NCBI GenBank assembly: GCA_965216565.1
Contig: OZ244170.1
Coordinates: 2,848,001-2,912,000 of the forward strand
DNA from: Bythopirellula sp.
GTDB taxonomy: Bacteria > Planctomycetota > Planctomycetia > Pirellulales > Lacipirellulaceae
Direction of reading: 5' to 3'
Length of the DNA stretch: 64,000 nucleotides
Each line of letters opens with the position of its first letter. The stretch's first letter is position 1. The notes under the pieces were generated by a model. The model had not been told where the DNA came from. It ran no database searches and saw only the letters and a list, made by a program, of their open reading frames with translations. This document shows positions 28,249 to 38,454 of this stretch, one piece after another. Both the position numbers and the translations under genes were made by a program.

Positions 28249-29406
28249 ATGAGCGTCGCGGCATCAAATATCTCAGAAACACGAAGGCAACTACGCGCGC
28301 AGATGCCCGTGACCCGGAAATGGGCTTATTTCGATCATGCCGCGGTGGCTCCGATTCCACAGCCAACTCAAATCGCGATTCAGAAATGGGTCTCCGAAGC
28401 CGCTGAAGAGGGGGATACGGTTTGGCTCGATTGGGCTAAGCAGGTAAAAGCGACGCGTCAACTTGCGGCCGACCTCATTAGTGCCTCAACGAGTGAAATC
28501 GCCTTAGTCCCCAGCACCACCAGCGGCATCAACTTCGTCGCAGAGGGGTTCCCCTGGCAGTCGGGCGATAATGTCGTCACGCTCGACGATGAATTCCCGA
28601 GTAACCTCTACCCCTGGATGCACCTGGAGCGACTGGGAGTAGAAACGCGTCGGGTACCCACAGACAATGGCTGTGTGGACCTTGATGAATTCGCTTCCCA
28701 CTGCGACGAGCGGACGCGCGTGGTCTCCGTCAGTTGGGTTGGCTACGCCAACGGCTGCCGTCGAGACTTGGATGCGTTCAGCGATATTGCAAAGCGCTGC
28801 GGAGCTCTCTTCTTTGTCGATGCCATCCAGGGCTTAGGGGTATTTCCGCTCGACGTCACCCAAACCAACATCGATTGTCTGGCAGCAGACGGACACAAAT
28901 GGATGCTCGGACCCGAAGGTGCTGGCTTGGCGTATGTCAGCGAGGCGTGTCTAGAGAAGCTTCGTCCGCTAAACGTTGGTTGGAATAGCGTCGTGAGCGC
29001 CGGCAACTTCGATCACATCGAGTTAAAACTCAAACCAACTGCCGAGCGTTACGAAGGGGGCACGCTGAACATGGTGGGTTTCATCGGCCTGGGTGCGAGT
29101 TTGAAAACACTAATGGATCTCGGTACAGAAAACGTCGCTGCCACGATCCTTGACAATACGGAACAAGTGGCCGCGCGATTGCAGGATTTTGGTGGGAAGG
29201 TTTGCTCTCCTTGGGAAGAGATGGAGAGATCGGGGATCGTCTCGATAGAAATGCCCGATCGCGATCCCAACGAAATTCGCAAGCATTGCCTAGAGCATGG
29301 TGTGGCGCTCAATTGCCGAGCGGGTCGGTTGCGTGTCAGCGCCCATGCTTATAATGACAGCGAAGACCTGGATCGGCTAACGGCGGCTTTGGAGAAATTA
29401 CCTTGA
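28249..29406 (+). CDS. Class V PLP-dependent aminotransferase / cysteine desulfurase-like
   Basis: YFDHAAVAP, EFPSN, VDAIQGLG, PLP lysine motif ADGHKWMLGPEG, RVSAHAYN. Confidence 0.88.
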   Translation: MSVAASNISETRRQLRAQMPVTRKWAYFDHAAVAPIPQPTQIAIQKWVSEAAEEGDTVWLDWAKQVKATRQLAADLISASTSEIALVPSTTSGINFVAEGFPWQSGDNVVTLDDEFPSNLYPWMHLERLGVETRRVPTDNGCVDLDEFASHCDERTRVVSVSWVGYANGCRRDLDAFSDIAKRCGALFFVDAIQGLGVFPLDVTQTNIDCLAADGHKWMLGPEGAGLAYVSEACLEKLRPLNVGWNSVVSAGNFDHIELKLKPTAERYEGGTLNMVGFIGLGASLKTLMDLGTENVAATILDNTEQVAARLQDFGGKVCSPWEEMERSGIVSIEMPDRDPNEIRKHCLEHGVALNCRAGRLRVSAHAYNDSEDLDRLTAALEKLP

Positions 29407-29464
29407 GCGAGCCGGCTGGTCGCCAAGTCGGTTAGCCCGGGGGCGAACGCGCCGTGGCTCGCTC
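29405..29464. repeat. Degenerate REP-like inverted repeat
   Basis: GAGCGAGCC ... GGCTCGCTC ends, immediately after the stop codon. Confidence 0.4.
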
Positions 29465-29505
29465 TCGAAATTGCGAAAAATTGAACCAGATGGAAATCAT
29501 CCTCT

Positions 29506-30012
29506 ATGTCTAGCCGAGCTGTTTATACGGGGTCGTTTGATCCGCTGACTCTGGGTCACTTGAATGTGATTGAGCGGAGTAGCCGACTGGTGGATGAACT
29601 TATTGTCGGTGTGGGTATCAATATCGACAAAAAATCGCTCTTCACAGCCGACGAGCGCGTGGAGTTGATTCGCCGAACGACTAAGGATCTTTCGAATGTC
29701 GAAGTGAAACTGTTTACTGGGCTAGCTGTTCATTTTGTACGCGAGTGCGACGCGCAAGTGATCATCCGCGGGGTGCGCTCACTCACGGATATGGAAACCG
29801 AATTCACGATGACCCTTGCCAACCGGAAGCTGGACCCGGGCATAGAGACGGTGTTCCTGATGGCCGACGATGAATTCTCGCATGTATCTAGCTCCCTCAT
29901 CAAGCAAATCACCCCACTGGCGGAAGACCAGGAGCTGGCTCGCTTTGTACCGGCTGAGATCGTGGGCGACTTGCGCGCAAAACTTTCCCAACAAGCTGAG
30001 AGCGACGATTAA
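29506..30012 (+). CDS. coaD: Phosphopantetheine adenylyltransferase
   Basis: YTGSFDPLTLGH, IIRGVR, NRKL.PGIETVFL, VSSS. Confidence 0.96.
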   Translation: MSSRAVYTGSFDPLTLGHLNVIERSSRLVDELIVGVGINIDKKSLFTADERVELIRRTTKDLSNVEVKLFTGLAVHFVRECDAQVIIRGVRSLTDMETEFTMTLANRKLDPGIETVFLMADDEFSHVSSSLIKQITPLAEDQELARFVPAEIVGDLRAKLSQQAESDD

Positions 30013-30034
30013 AAGTACAAACATGGGTGTCATT

Positions 30035-30174
30035 CTCGAAGTTTCATGTGGCCGGCTCGAAGTTTCATGTGGCCGGAGCGCCGTGGCGTCCCCGACCACG
30101 GCAGGTGCGATTGATTTCGGTAGCTGACTTGGGGACAAGTCGGCTCGCTATCTATGGCGGCTCGCTATCTATGG
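30035..30174. repeat. Two perfect short tandem duplications (2x21 bp and 2x17 bp)
   Basis: CTCGAAGTTTCATGTGGCCGG x2 (30035-30076); CGGCTCGCTATCTATGG x2 (30141-30174). Confidence 0.85.
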
Positions 30175-30177
30175 CGA

Positions 30178-31434
30178 CTAGCAAACCGCCTTTAGCAAAA
30201 ACATACAAACGCTCATCAATCCCACCGCTGCCAGGGCAGTCTTGATTTGAGCGAACCAATTGTCGCGTGGCACTGAGTGCCACCCTCTAGCCGACTCGCC
30301 AGCCGCCGGGTCTACGGCGGCAAACGAATCAGACTCATCCTCAGCAGCAGGCCACATCCCCGCGATCTGCGGAGCGGGGGGAGCGAACCCCGCATCCGGC
30401 GGTCTTGGGTCTGTCACTTGCAGCTCTTCCCCCTCCGACTCGACAGGGTAGCAAACGCCGTTTCGACAAACGACTTGCGGTTCCGGTTCGCCTGGACGGT
30501 CCAACTGGGGCTGGGAGGGGTTTGACTCCATGCTTGCCAGGTGAACACCCTCATCAGAATCTCCTAAGTTAGGCTCGCCTAACTTAGGATGTCCGATGTC
30601 GGGCGCCAGAGTTGCCAGGAACGATTCGACACGACCTCCAAAGCTTCCTAAGGTCGTGCCCTGCCCTGCCCCGAACAGCACACCGGCCAATTGTCCACGT
30701 CGATCGAAGATAGGGCCTCCCGAATCGCCCTGTCTTGCTTCGACATCCAGTTCCACCATCTGCTGGGGGAAATTGGCACGCGGCGCGTAGTACTGAGTAC
30801 AACGACCGGTGGCTGCACGATAAAGTCCTGATCCATATCCGCATATGGTCAGTTGATCGCCCGGTTGGGGCGCTAAGGGCGAAAGTTCGACGGGCTCGAT
30901 CGGTGGTCGCCAAACCACCAGCGCCGCCAAGTCCCAATCGGCATCGACCTTCAGTGATCGGGCTTTGGTTTTGAATCCCCCTGGAAATTGGACTTCGATC
31001 GGTCCCGTGGCATCGCGGACCACATGCCAATTGGTGATCACGAGTCCAAACTCGTCGCGGACGTCGATCAATGTGCCGCTGCCATAGGAGGTGGCTCCCT
31101 CTTCGGGCACCACAATCCTGGCGACTGCCGGATGAGGCTGATCGCTCCGCAAGTGAGAATGATTGGAATAAGAACTTGCAGGAGGCTTCGTCGCAGAGTC
31201 AGGGACGCCGGAGCGCGCCATTTGCTCTGAACGCCGCGATGGTCGAAGGAAGGGATCGGTGACTGCGTGGCGAACAGGAAACTCTTGCTGCCAAATCTGC
31301 GTCAGCTCGGCACGCCGCGCCGCAGAGATCTGCGCTGACGCGGGCGCGGCCAAGATCAAACTATTCAAAGCGAAGAATACAAGGAAGATAGCCGCTCTGA
31401 GGTAGGAAGAAAAATGATTTCGCGTTTGGATCAT
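30178..31434 (-). CDS. Secreted, C-terminally anchored trypsin-like (S1) serine protease
   Basis: Triad ITNWHVV / WDLAAL / GDSGGP; signal peptide; Pro/acid-rich linker; C-terminal TM. Confidence 0.88.
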   Translation of the reverse strand: MIQTRNHFSSYLRAAIFLVFFALNSLILAAPASAQISAARRAELTQIWQQEFPVRHAVTDPFLRPSRRSEQMARSGVPDSATKPPASSYSNHSHLRSDQPHPAVARIVVPEEGATSYGSGTLIDVRDEFGLVITNWHVVRDATGPIEVQFPGGFKTKARSLKVDADWDLAALVVWRPPIEPVELSPLAPQPGDQLTICGYGSGLYRAATGRCTQYYAPRANFPQQMVELDVEARQGDSGGPIFDRRGQLAGVLFGAGQGTTLGSFGGRVESFLATLAPDIGHPKLGEPNLGDSDEGVHLASMESNPSQPQLDRPGEPEPQVVCRNGVCYPVESEGEELQVTDPRPPDAGFAPPAPQIAGMWPAAEDESDSFAAVDPAAGESARGWHSVPRDNWFAQIKTALAAVGLMSVCMFLLKAVC

Positions 31435-31613
31435 ATTTTTTCGTCGGAGGGAGAAACGTGGGGCGGGGTCTGAGGTTTTCTCTGGGCTTCTTTTTCGAGA
31501 ATCATTCTCAGCAATCGCGAGCGCATCTGCCCGCGATCTTCTCGCTCCATCGTTTCTTGCTCCGTAGCCCGGTTGGGCTGATCGTCGCGCGAAATACTCT
31601 TATCCAGTCGCAT
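31431..31613 (-). CDS. Small hypothetical protein
   Basis: GGAGG RBS before ATG 31613; stop overlaps the protease start (ATGA). Confidence 0.55.
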   Translation of the reverse strand: MRLDKSISRDDQPNRATEQETMEREDRGQMRSRLLRMILEKEAQRKPQTPPHVSPSDEKI

Positions 31614-31628
31614 AGTGGCGACCTCCAT

Positions 31629-31868
31629 TTAGGCCGCGATGGGCCGACCACCGCGCAAATCCTCGTCGCGGTGGGGAAAATCTTGTCCGTTGTTGTACAG
31701 CATCTTCAGTCGTCTTAATTCAGCCCGGAGTGCATTCTCGGCAAGCTTCGTCAAAGTGAGTCGTGCAGGATAACCAGCTAAGTGAACTGCGGCATCGCGG
31801 GCTTCGTCGAGCACGTCGGCCGGCAAGTAGATGGTTGCTCTTACTTTCGGTCCATCACTGGGTGGCAT
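31629..31868 (-). CDS. Small ribbon-helix-helix-like DNA-binding protein
   Basis: GAGGT RBS; KVRATIYLPADVLDEARDAA...TLTKLAENALRAEL fits a beta-alpha-alpha pattern. Confidence 0.65.
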   Translation of the reverse strand: MPPSDGPKVRATIYLPADVLDEARDAAVHLAGYPARLTLTKLAENALRAELRRLKMLYNNGQDFPHRDEDLRGGRPIAA

Positions 31869-32006
31869 GTTGTTACCTCGCAAAGTGGGTCAGTAATCTC
31901 GCCTAGATATGTTCAATCGGACGTTAGTGACCATTACTTCAAACGTCTGACGTTTTGCCGCAGAGTCGCAACAACTGGAGAAGATTCCCCAATCGGAAAA
32001 CTTTAA

Positions 32007-32074
32007 TAGCCCACGCCTCTGGCGTGGGATTCGTCACGCACAGTCCATCCATCCCACGCCAGAGGCGTGGGCTA
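32007..32074. repeat. REP doublet (perfect 24-bp inverted repeat, 20-bp spacer)
   Basis: TAGCCCACGCCTCTGGCGTGGGAT / ATCCCACGCCAGAGGCGTGGGCTA; each arm is itself a hairpin, and the right arm supplies the cobA stop codon. Confidence 0.85.
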
Positions 32075-33595
32075 AGCGTTTTCCGCTTCGAGAATTGCGG
32101 CGATCAGGCCGGCGGTGGTGTACTCGCTGGCGACAACCGTCGGCTCGTGGCCCGCTTCGCGAAGAACACCCGCCGTGAGCGGGCTGATGGCGGCCAGACG
32201 AGATTGCTTCAGGTCGTCGCCAAACAGATGCACTAGCGATCGTGCGATCGCCGAGCTAGTGACGGTTACCCAATCGAGGCTGCCTTCGCGGAGCGCCTTC
32301 AGCACATCCGCATCGGCAACCTGGCAATCGGTGCTTTGGTACACCACGGTTTGTTCCACTTCCCAGCCCGACGAAGTGAGCATCTCGGCAAGCACCTCAC
32401 GGCCACGACTGGCCCGCAGGAGCAAGCAGCGGCCCGGCTGGTCGGCTTGAGTCAGGGCCTCGGCAAGCGCTTCGGCCCGATACTCTTCAGGCTCGAGATC
32501 GGCATGAAGGTGGTACTCTGCCAAAGCCCGCGTAGTTGCTGGGCCAATCGCGGCGAGCTTGCAGCCTCCCAAGGCCCGCAGGTCGATTCCCGATTCCAAC
32601 AGACGGTCTAAGAAATACGTGACGCCATTCGCGCTAGAGAAGACCAACCAATCAAAGTTGGAGACATTCTGAATCTGTTGATCAACCGCTGCCCAATCCT
32701 CGGGCGATGAGATCTCGATCGCGGGCTGTAGCATTGCAGTGGCACCCAGACGGCCCAGTTCCGAGACCATCTCGACAGATTGTCGTTCGGGACGAGTGAC
32801 CAGCACCGTGCGTCCGGAGAGCTGCCCCGCACAATGGAAGTTCAAGTCAGCTTGCAGTGCGGAAACTTCGCCCACGATGATCGTCGCCGGAGGTCGCATG
32901 TTGCCCGGCGCCAATACTTGTGACACTTCCGCTAGACTTGTGTGGAGGGTTTCCTGCCCCGGCAATCCGCAACGCCGGATGATGGCCACGGGTGTGTCGG
33001 CGGCGCGGCCATGAGCAATTAATTCTTGAGACCAAGTCGGTGCGGAGGTAACCCCCATATAGAAAACCAGTGTCCCGGGGAAGCGGGCCAAGCTGGCGAT
33101 ATCGAGTCCGTCCTGTTTGCCATCGCATTCGTGGCCGGTGACAAAGGCAACCGCCGATGCCCAGCGACGATCGGTTAGCGGAATTCCTGCCGCACTACTC
33201 GCGGCCAGAGCCGCGGTGACGCCAGGAATCACCTCGTAGGAAATCTCCGCTTCCTCGAGCGCCATAATTTCTTCTGCCGTGCGGCCGAAGATTGCCGGGT
33301 CGCCTCCTTTAAGTCGGACAACTCTCTTGCCGGTGAGTGCCGCTGCGACCAATTGCCGATTGATCTCTGGCTGGGTGAGCAGCCGCCCCTGGCCATGTTT
33401 GCCCAAGCAGACGAGCGAAACTTCGTGCGGTGCTTTGGCGAGTAGGCCTGCCTGGCGAAGAATGATGGGGTTCACCAGGTAGTCGTAGAATACAACTTCT
33501 GCTTGTTTCAGGGCTTCGAACCCGCGCAGGGAAATCAGCCCCGGATCTCCCGGCCCGGCCCCTACAATCGTTACTTTGCCCTTCGGATTTGCCAT
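32072..33595 (-). CDS. cobA: Uroporphyrinogen-III C-methyltransferase / uroporphyrinogen-III synthase fusion (CobA-HemD)
   Basis: VGAGPGDPGLI, RLKGGDP.IFGR, PGVTAA, VTGHE; HemD half VLVTRP, LVFSSANGV, AIGPAT, TVTSS. Confidence 0.93.
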   Translation of the reverse strand: MANPKGKVTIVGAGPGDPGLISLRGFEALKQAEVVFYDYLVNPIILRQAGLLAKAPHEVSLVCLGKHGQGRLLTQPEINRQLVAAALTGKRVVRLKGGDPAIFGRTAEEIMALEEAEISYEVIPGVTAALAASSAAGIPLTDRRWASAVAFVTGHECDGKQDGLDIASLARFPGTLVFYMGVTSAPTWSQELIAHGRAADTPVAIIRRCGLPGQETLHTSLAEVSQVLAPGNMRPPATIIVGEVSALQADLNFHCAGQLSGRTVLVTRPERQSVEMVSELGRLGATAMLQPAIEISSPEDWAAVDQQIQNVSNFDWLVFSSANGVTYFLDRLLESGIDLRALGGCKLAAIGPATTRALAEYHLHADLEPEEYRAEALAEALTQADQPGRCLLLRASRGREVLAEMLTSSGWEVEQTVVYQSTDCQVADADVLKALREGSLDWVTVTSSAIARSLVHLFGDDLKQSRLAAISPLTAGVLREAGHEPTVVASEYTTAGLIAAILEAENA

Positions 33596-33787
33596 TCGTT
33601 TTAGTTCTTTCGACCTCTCCTGCGAGGACTCGCGTGCAAGGGGTACTGCTTTTCGTTGTACCATAGAGGGCCAATGCTAGAATACACAGTAGCAGAGGAC
33701 CTGCGTAGCACTCGTTCTGGTATTGGAACGACCTGGCGGGATAAATCACTGGGACACTCGGAACTGCGACACTCGGAATCAACGCGC

Positions 33788-35248
33788 ATGGGAATTGATC
33801 AGCCATCAGGCCAGCAAGCTGCCGGTCAGTCTCCCGCTCAAGCTCCCATCACGGCGCCGCCGACAACTGCAACCAGGCAGCGTCTGCAGAAGCTTTTTGA
33901 ACACGCGCAGCGCTGTGTTGACAAAAAAGACCACGATTACGCGAATAAGCTCTTTACGCAGTGCGTGGTGGAAGATCCCAGCAATTTGATCTATTTGCAG
34001 GCCTTCCTGGGCAACCTAGAAAGCAAGTTTGGCGAGAAGAAAAAAGGCTCGCGGCTGGCCGGCATGAAGGTGAAGAGTCTCCGCAATACTTTGACCAAAG
34101 CTGCTGGCAAGGGCGACTGGCCCGTAGCGATCCAGGCAGGCTGCGACGCACTGGCCCTCAGTCCCTGGGATCCGGCCACGCTACTCGAGCTCGCCAAGGC
34201 CTACAACGAACTGGGCATTCTAGAATGCCAACTCTACTTGATGCGGTGGGGATTGGGTGCTGATGCGAAGGATGTGGCAATCAATCGGCAGGCTGCGCAA
34301 ACGCTCGAGCGCATGGGGCAGTTCGATCAGGCGATCGCTTGCTGGACTCGCGTGACCCAGGCCATTCCCAATGACGAACAGGCTTTGCAGGCCATTTCTC
34401 GTTTGTCGGTGGAGAAGACGATTCACGAAGGGGGTTACGACCCGAGTTTGCTCCAGGGCGATTCGGCCGAGGGCGGGTCGAAATCGTCAGTAGCCAGTTA
34501 CTCGCGGCATGCTGAAGAAGACGATGGCCTCACGCCCGAGGAGCGATTGCGGGCGGCGTTGGAATCCGATCCTAGTGATGCCGATAGCTGTCTGCATTTG
34601 GCCGACATTTTAATTCACAGCGCGCGGTCCGACGAAGCGGAACAACTGTTGGAGCGAGGCCGAAGTGCCGCGGGGGCGGGTGACTTGCGATTTCTGGAAC
34701 GGATCGAGTCGATCCAAATCCGCAAAGCCCACGAACAACTGCAGATTGCCCAGCAACGCCACGAGCAAAATCCCACCGACGAATCCGCGGCTCAGTTGTT
34801 GCAATTTCGCAGACAGGCCAATCAAGTGGAGCTGGAGATCTACGCCGCCAAATCGGACCGCGATCCCAGCAATACCCGGCTCAAACACGAACTGGGGCTT
34901 CGCTTCAAACGCGCCGGCAAGGTGAAGGAGGCGATCACCACCCTGCAGGGTGCCAGTGGCGATTCGAAGCGTCGGGCCCAGGTGCTCTTGGATTTGGGCG
35001 AGTGCTTCCAGAAAATCGAGCAATACAAGCTGGCCCTCTCCAATTACGAGCAGGCTATCGACGCCTGCGACAGCAACGAATCGGACGTCTACCGTCTGGC
35101 CCTCTATCGGGCAGGGGTTTTATCGACGGGATTGCGGGAAATGGACCGGGCGGAGCGGCATTTGACCGAGCTGGCCGGGCTGGATTACGGGTACCGAGAT
35201 GTGGCCGACCGGCTGGACAAACTCGCCGAATTGCGTAATAGTGGGTGA
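33788..35248 (+). CDS. Tetratricopeptide repeat protein
   Basis: Multiple TPR helices (GQFDQAIACW, LGECFQKIEQYKLALSNYEQA); C-terminal DYGYRDVADRLDKL. Start uncertain. Confidence 0.82.
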   Translation: MGIDQPSGQQAAGQSPAQAPITAPPTTATRQRLQKLFEHAQRCVDKKDHDYANKLFTQCVVEDPSNLIYLQAFLGNLESKFGEKKKGSRLAGMKVKSLRNTLTKAAGKGDWPVAIQAGCDALALSPWDPATLLELAKAYNELGILECQLYLMRWGLGADAKDVAINRQAAQTLERMGQFDQAIACWTRVTQAIPNDEQALQAISRLSVEKTIHEGGYDPSLLQGDSAEGGSKSSVASYSRHAEEDDGLTPEERLRAALESDPSDADSCLHLADILIHSARSDEAEQLLERGRSAAGAGDLRFLERIESIQIRKAHEQLQIAQQRHEQNPTDESAAQLLQFRRQANQVELEIYAAKSDRDPSNTRLKHELGLRFKRAGKVKEAITTLQGASGDSKRRAQVLLDLGECFQKIEQYKLALSNYEQAIDACDSNESDVYRLALYRAGVLSTGLREMDRAERHLTELAGLDYGYRDVADRLDKLAELRNSG

Positions 35249-35335
35249 TTCTGGCGACGTCGTTCCCTTGAACAGGGGGCTCCCTCGGCGGCCGCCTTCT
35301 CGATCCTGAAACACCACCCCACCGATTAGTTCAAG

Positions 35336-35608
35336 ATGCCCAATTCAGCCAGTGCCAAAAAACGCCTTCGCCAAAGTCAATCCAAGCGCCTCCACAACCG
35401 TTCGATTCGCTCGGACGTCCGTACTGCGATCCGCAAGGTCCGTAGTTCGATCGAGGCCGGCGATGTCGAAGCGAGCACCTCGGCCTATCAGGCTGCCACT
35501 AAGAAGCTAGACAAAGCTGCGGCCAAGAACGTAATGCATGCCAACACGGCAGCCCGCACTAAGAGCCGACTCTCCAAGGCGATCAAGAATCTCAAGGCCG
35601 CGAAGTAA
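35336..35608 (+). CDS. rpsT: 30S ribosomal protein S20
   Basis: MPNSASAKKRLRQ...N...RS..RT; LDKAAAKNVMHANTAARTKSRL. Confidence 0.97.
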   Translation: MPNSASAKKRLRQSQSKRLHNRSIRSDVRTAIRKVRSSIEAGDVEASTSAYQAATKKLDKAAAKNVMHANTAARTKSRLSKAIKNLKAAK

Positions 35609-35654
35609 ACCTCTCGCGGGTACTTTCTCGAATTCATCGCTCGATTTCATTGCC

Positions 35655-35710
35655 TAGCCGGAGGCACACTTGCCTCCGGATTTCAGCGGACCGCGTGGCG
35701 GTCCGGCTAG
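35655..35710. repeat. REP-like double-hairpin element, family A, copy 2
   Basis: TAGCCGGAGGCACACTTGCCTCCGGA...CGGACCGCGTGGCGGTCCGGCTAG; matches 11938-11992. Confidence 0.8.
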
Positions 35711-35787
35711 GGCGTTAGCCACTTCAGTTAGCCTGAGCATCAGGTACGGCACCTGGGCTACGCTTTTGCATTCAAGCGAGTTTCCAC

Positions 35788-36684
35788 CTACCAAACAATC
35801 TTCCCCGCGTCGAACACGGGTCCTTCGACGCAGGTGCGTTTGTAGTCCCACTCGCCGTCGGGTTGTTGGACTTTCACCACGCAGCTAAAGCAGATGCCGA
35901 TGCCGCAGGCCATGGGGGTTTCTAGCGAGACCTCGCACGGCACCTGGCGGTTGATGGTGATTTTGGCGACTGCCTCCATCATTGGTTCCGGGCCACAGCA
36001 GGCCACGCGGACGTTCGTTCCCTTGGAATCATCGAGCGCTTGCTCAAGCAATTCTGTCACCAGACCGTGATGCCCTACGCTGCCGTCGTCGCTGCTGATG
36101 CGGAGGTCGATGCCACCACGGCGGAAATCTTCGGCACCGGCCAACAGATCTTTGTTGCGCACGCCGTAGCAGAGTGTCACCTGCTGGGCAGTTTGAACCT
36201 TGCGGCCATAGTCCTTCTTTCCGGCAAACTCTTGTCCCAAGGCGAGCATCGGCGTTTGCCCAATGCCACCGGCGACCATGATGAGATGATCGACGGGTTC
36301 CGCAGAGAATCCATTGCCCAAAGGTCCCCACACGTCGAGCGTGTCGCCAGGGCGGCACTCGGCCATCAGACTCGTCATCTTGCCCACCACCAGATAGACG
36401 ATATCTACGGCAGAGGGTTGGCCTGCACTATCGGGCACCGTGTCGTACAAAGCAAAGGCACGACCGAGGATGGGCTCTTCGCGCCCGGCGACGCGGAGCA
36501 TGAGAAACTGCCCGGGCACAACGGCTTGGGCGAGCGATTCGCATTCGAACCGCAGTCGGTACGTGTCGCGGGCTAATGGGACGCTTTCAACGACTTCCAC
36601 GCTGAACTGCTCGGCGGAGTCGGCATAGCAAGCCGCTGCCAGAGGATTGTTTCCAGTCGAGCTTTCCCTGTCGACACTGGCCAT
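35788..36684 (-). CDS. pyrK: Dihydroorotate dehydrogenase electron-transfer subunit
   Basis: PGQFLML, GPLGNGF, VAGGIG, CGPEPM, 2Fe-2S motif MACGIGICFSC...CVEGPVF. Confidence 0.92.
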   Translation of the reverse strand: MASVDRESSTGNNPLAAACYADSAEQFSVEVVESVPLARDTYRLRFECESLAQAVVPGQFLMLRVAGREEPILGRAFALYDTVPDSAGQPSAVDIVYLVVGKMTSLMAECRPGDTLDVWGPLGNGFSAEPVDHLIMVAGGIGQTPMLALGQEFAGKKDYGRKVQTAQQVTLCYGVRNKDLLAGAEDFRRGGIDLRISSDDGSVGHHGLVTELLEQALDDSKGTNVRVACCGPEPMMEAVAKITINRQVPCEVSLETPMACGIGICFSCVVKVQQPDGEWDYKRTCVEGPVFDAGKIVW

Positions 36685-36686
36685 CG

Positions 36687-37649
36687 CTACCGCGGGCTCC
36701 TCTTGCCTGTTTTGCGGCTGCCCTTGGCTGCAGTACTACCCGATTTCCTAATTCCACGTCCACGCTTGGCAGACGCAGACCGGCTCCTACCTGTGGCTTT
36801 GGAAGGAGAATCGGCTGGCGAAGAGTTGGCATAGTCGCGTAGCTTGCGGACCTCTTCCGGCGTCAGCTTGCGAATGGCTCCCCGAGGCATCTCGCCCAAT
36901 CGAACGGGCCCGACGGCAATGCGAGAGAGCCGCTGTACTTTGTGGCCCACTCGGGCCAGCATTCGGCGGATTTCGCGGTTGCGACCTTCGTCGAGCACCA
37001 TTTCCAGAATCGTAGAGTTCTTGCGGTGCCCTTTAATGCGGACCTTTACGGGATGGGCGTAGCCTTCGGCCAGATACATGCCTTTACGAAGCTTACCAAT
37101 CACTTCGACATCGGGCCGCCCAGCCACTTGGACTTCGTAAGTTTTTTCTACGCCATGCTTCGGATGCGTCAGTTTGTTAGCCAACTCGCCGTCGTTGGTA
37201 GCCAGGATCAGGCCTTCGCTCTCCATGTCGAGTCGACCCACGGTAAACACGCGGCCCGTGTCGGGAGGTAACATGTCTATCACACGCGGACGACCTGCTG
37301 GATCGCGTGCCGTGCATACGACGCCAGTAGGTTTGTTCACCGCCAGGTAGATTCGTTTTGGCTGAGGCAGCGCTTCGCCGTCGACATGAATCGTTTGGTT
37401 GTCGACTTCGACCCGGGTTCCGAGCTCGGTAACGACAACACCATCAACTTCCACGCGACCTTCCAGAATCAGTTCCTCGGCCTCGCGGCGACTTGCCAAA
37501 CCGGCCGCGGCGAGAATTTTCTGCAAACGCTCCCCCGGTTGGTCGTTGGTGCGCGGCGTGCGTTTGCCCGGACGGCGTCGCTTCGTGGTACGACCCGGCT
37601 GCGCGGTGTTGGACGAAGGTCGTCCAGATTTCTTCAAGGGGCGCGCCAT
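36687..37649 (-). CDS. rluB: rRNA pseudouridine synthase (RsuA/RluB family)
   Basis: S4 domain ERLQKILAAAGLASRR; VGRLD; GLILATNDG; EGRNREIRRM. Confidence 0.88.
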   Translation of the reverse strand: MARPLKKSGRPSSNTAQPGRTTKRRRPGKRTPRTNDQPGERLQKILAAAGLASRREAEELILEGRVEVDGVVVTELGTRVEVDNQTIHVDGEALPQPKRIYLAVNKPTGVVCTARDPAGRPRVIDMLPPDTGRVFTVGRLDMESEGLILATNDGELANKLTHPKHGVEKTYEVQVAGRPDVEVIGKLRKGMYLAEGYAHPVKVRIKGHRKNSTILEMVLDEGRNREIRRMLARVGHKVQRLSRIAVGPVRLGEMPRGAIRKLTPEEVRKLRDYANSSPADSPSKATGRSRSASAKRGRGIRKSGSTAAKGSRKTGKRSPR

Positions 37650-37789
37650 GGGATACTCGGGTGGGGAGGATAGGGGGAGAACATCCCATCATACCCTGCA
37701 CAGAGAGCAAAACCCAGGGGCCGCCTTTTAATGGACCAATGTCCTAATGACCAAGTATCTAAGATCCAGAGCTTATTGGCATAGTTGCT

Positions 37790-38071
37790 TTAGTATCTGG
37801 GAACCAGTGCCGGTTGGGCGGGTCCCAACGGCTGTTGTTGGCGCGAGCGTGTCACTTCGTCTTCCGGCTTCTGAAATTCTCTCGGCCTGCCGCCGACGAT
37901 TTCTGGCCCCAAATCGTTGAGCGGATAAGGATCGAATTCCTGGGCCTGTCCGCGCTGGTACCAGGCAGGGCCAGGGTGGAGCAATTGTGGCTTCCGCACT
38001 GCCGACGAACATGCCGAAAGCGACACGAGCAGAATGCCAAGCAAGACATGTCGCATTGCGGGGAGTTTCAT
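37790..38071 (-). CDS. Small lipoprotein, Planctomycete-type
   Basis: Lipobox LSAC; FDPYP.ND.GPEIVGGRPREF. Confidence 0.7.
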   Translation of the reverse strand: MKLPAMRHVLLGILLVSLSACSSAVRKPQLLHPGPAWYQRGQAQEFDPYPLNDLGPEIVGGRPREFQKPEDEVTRSRQQQPLGPAQPALVPRY

Positions 38072-38454
38072 TGTTGCAATTCGCCAATTTGAGATTTCGT
38101 CGGCTGGGGGGCAGCGGGGTTGCAGAGTGTAGAGCTGACCAACAGCTAGGGAAAGAGAGGCTCTGCCACGATAGCGGAACAGGTAGAACGATGAATCACG
38201 AAGAGAATCCGTTGCCAAATTCGCACAAAGCCCCTAAATTGCCACACACGGGGTTATTTAACTGGGTGGTATCGTGCGCCTTGGGTAAGCTCTAACTGAA
38301 AGTGCTAGCTCGGTAAGATATGCATTGCCCGCGCGCCGATAAATCACTACATTCCCCCACCCTTCGCCCCTCAATCTTAACCGGCCAGATTCCCAGGCCC
38401 TCACTAGGCAGAATTATTGTGAAGTCGGAAAAGAGAGTCAGTACTTTGAATTCC

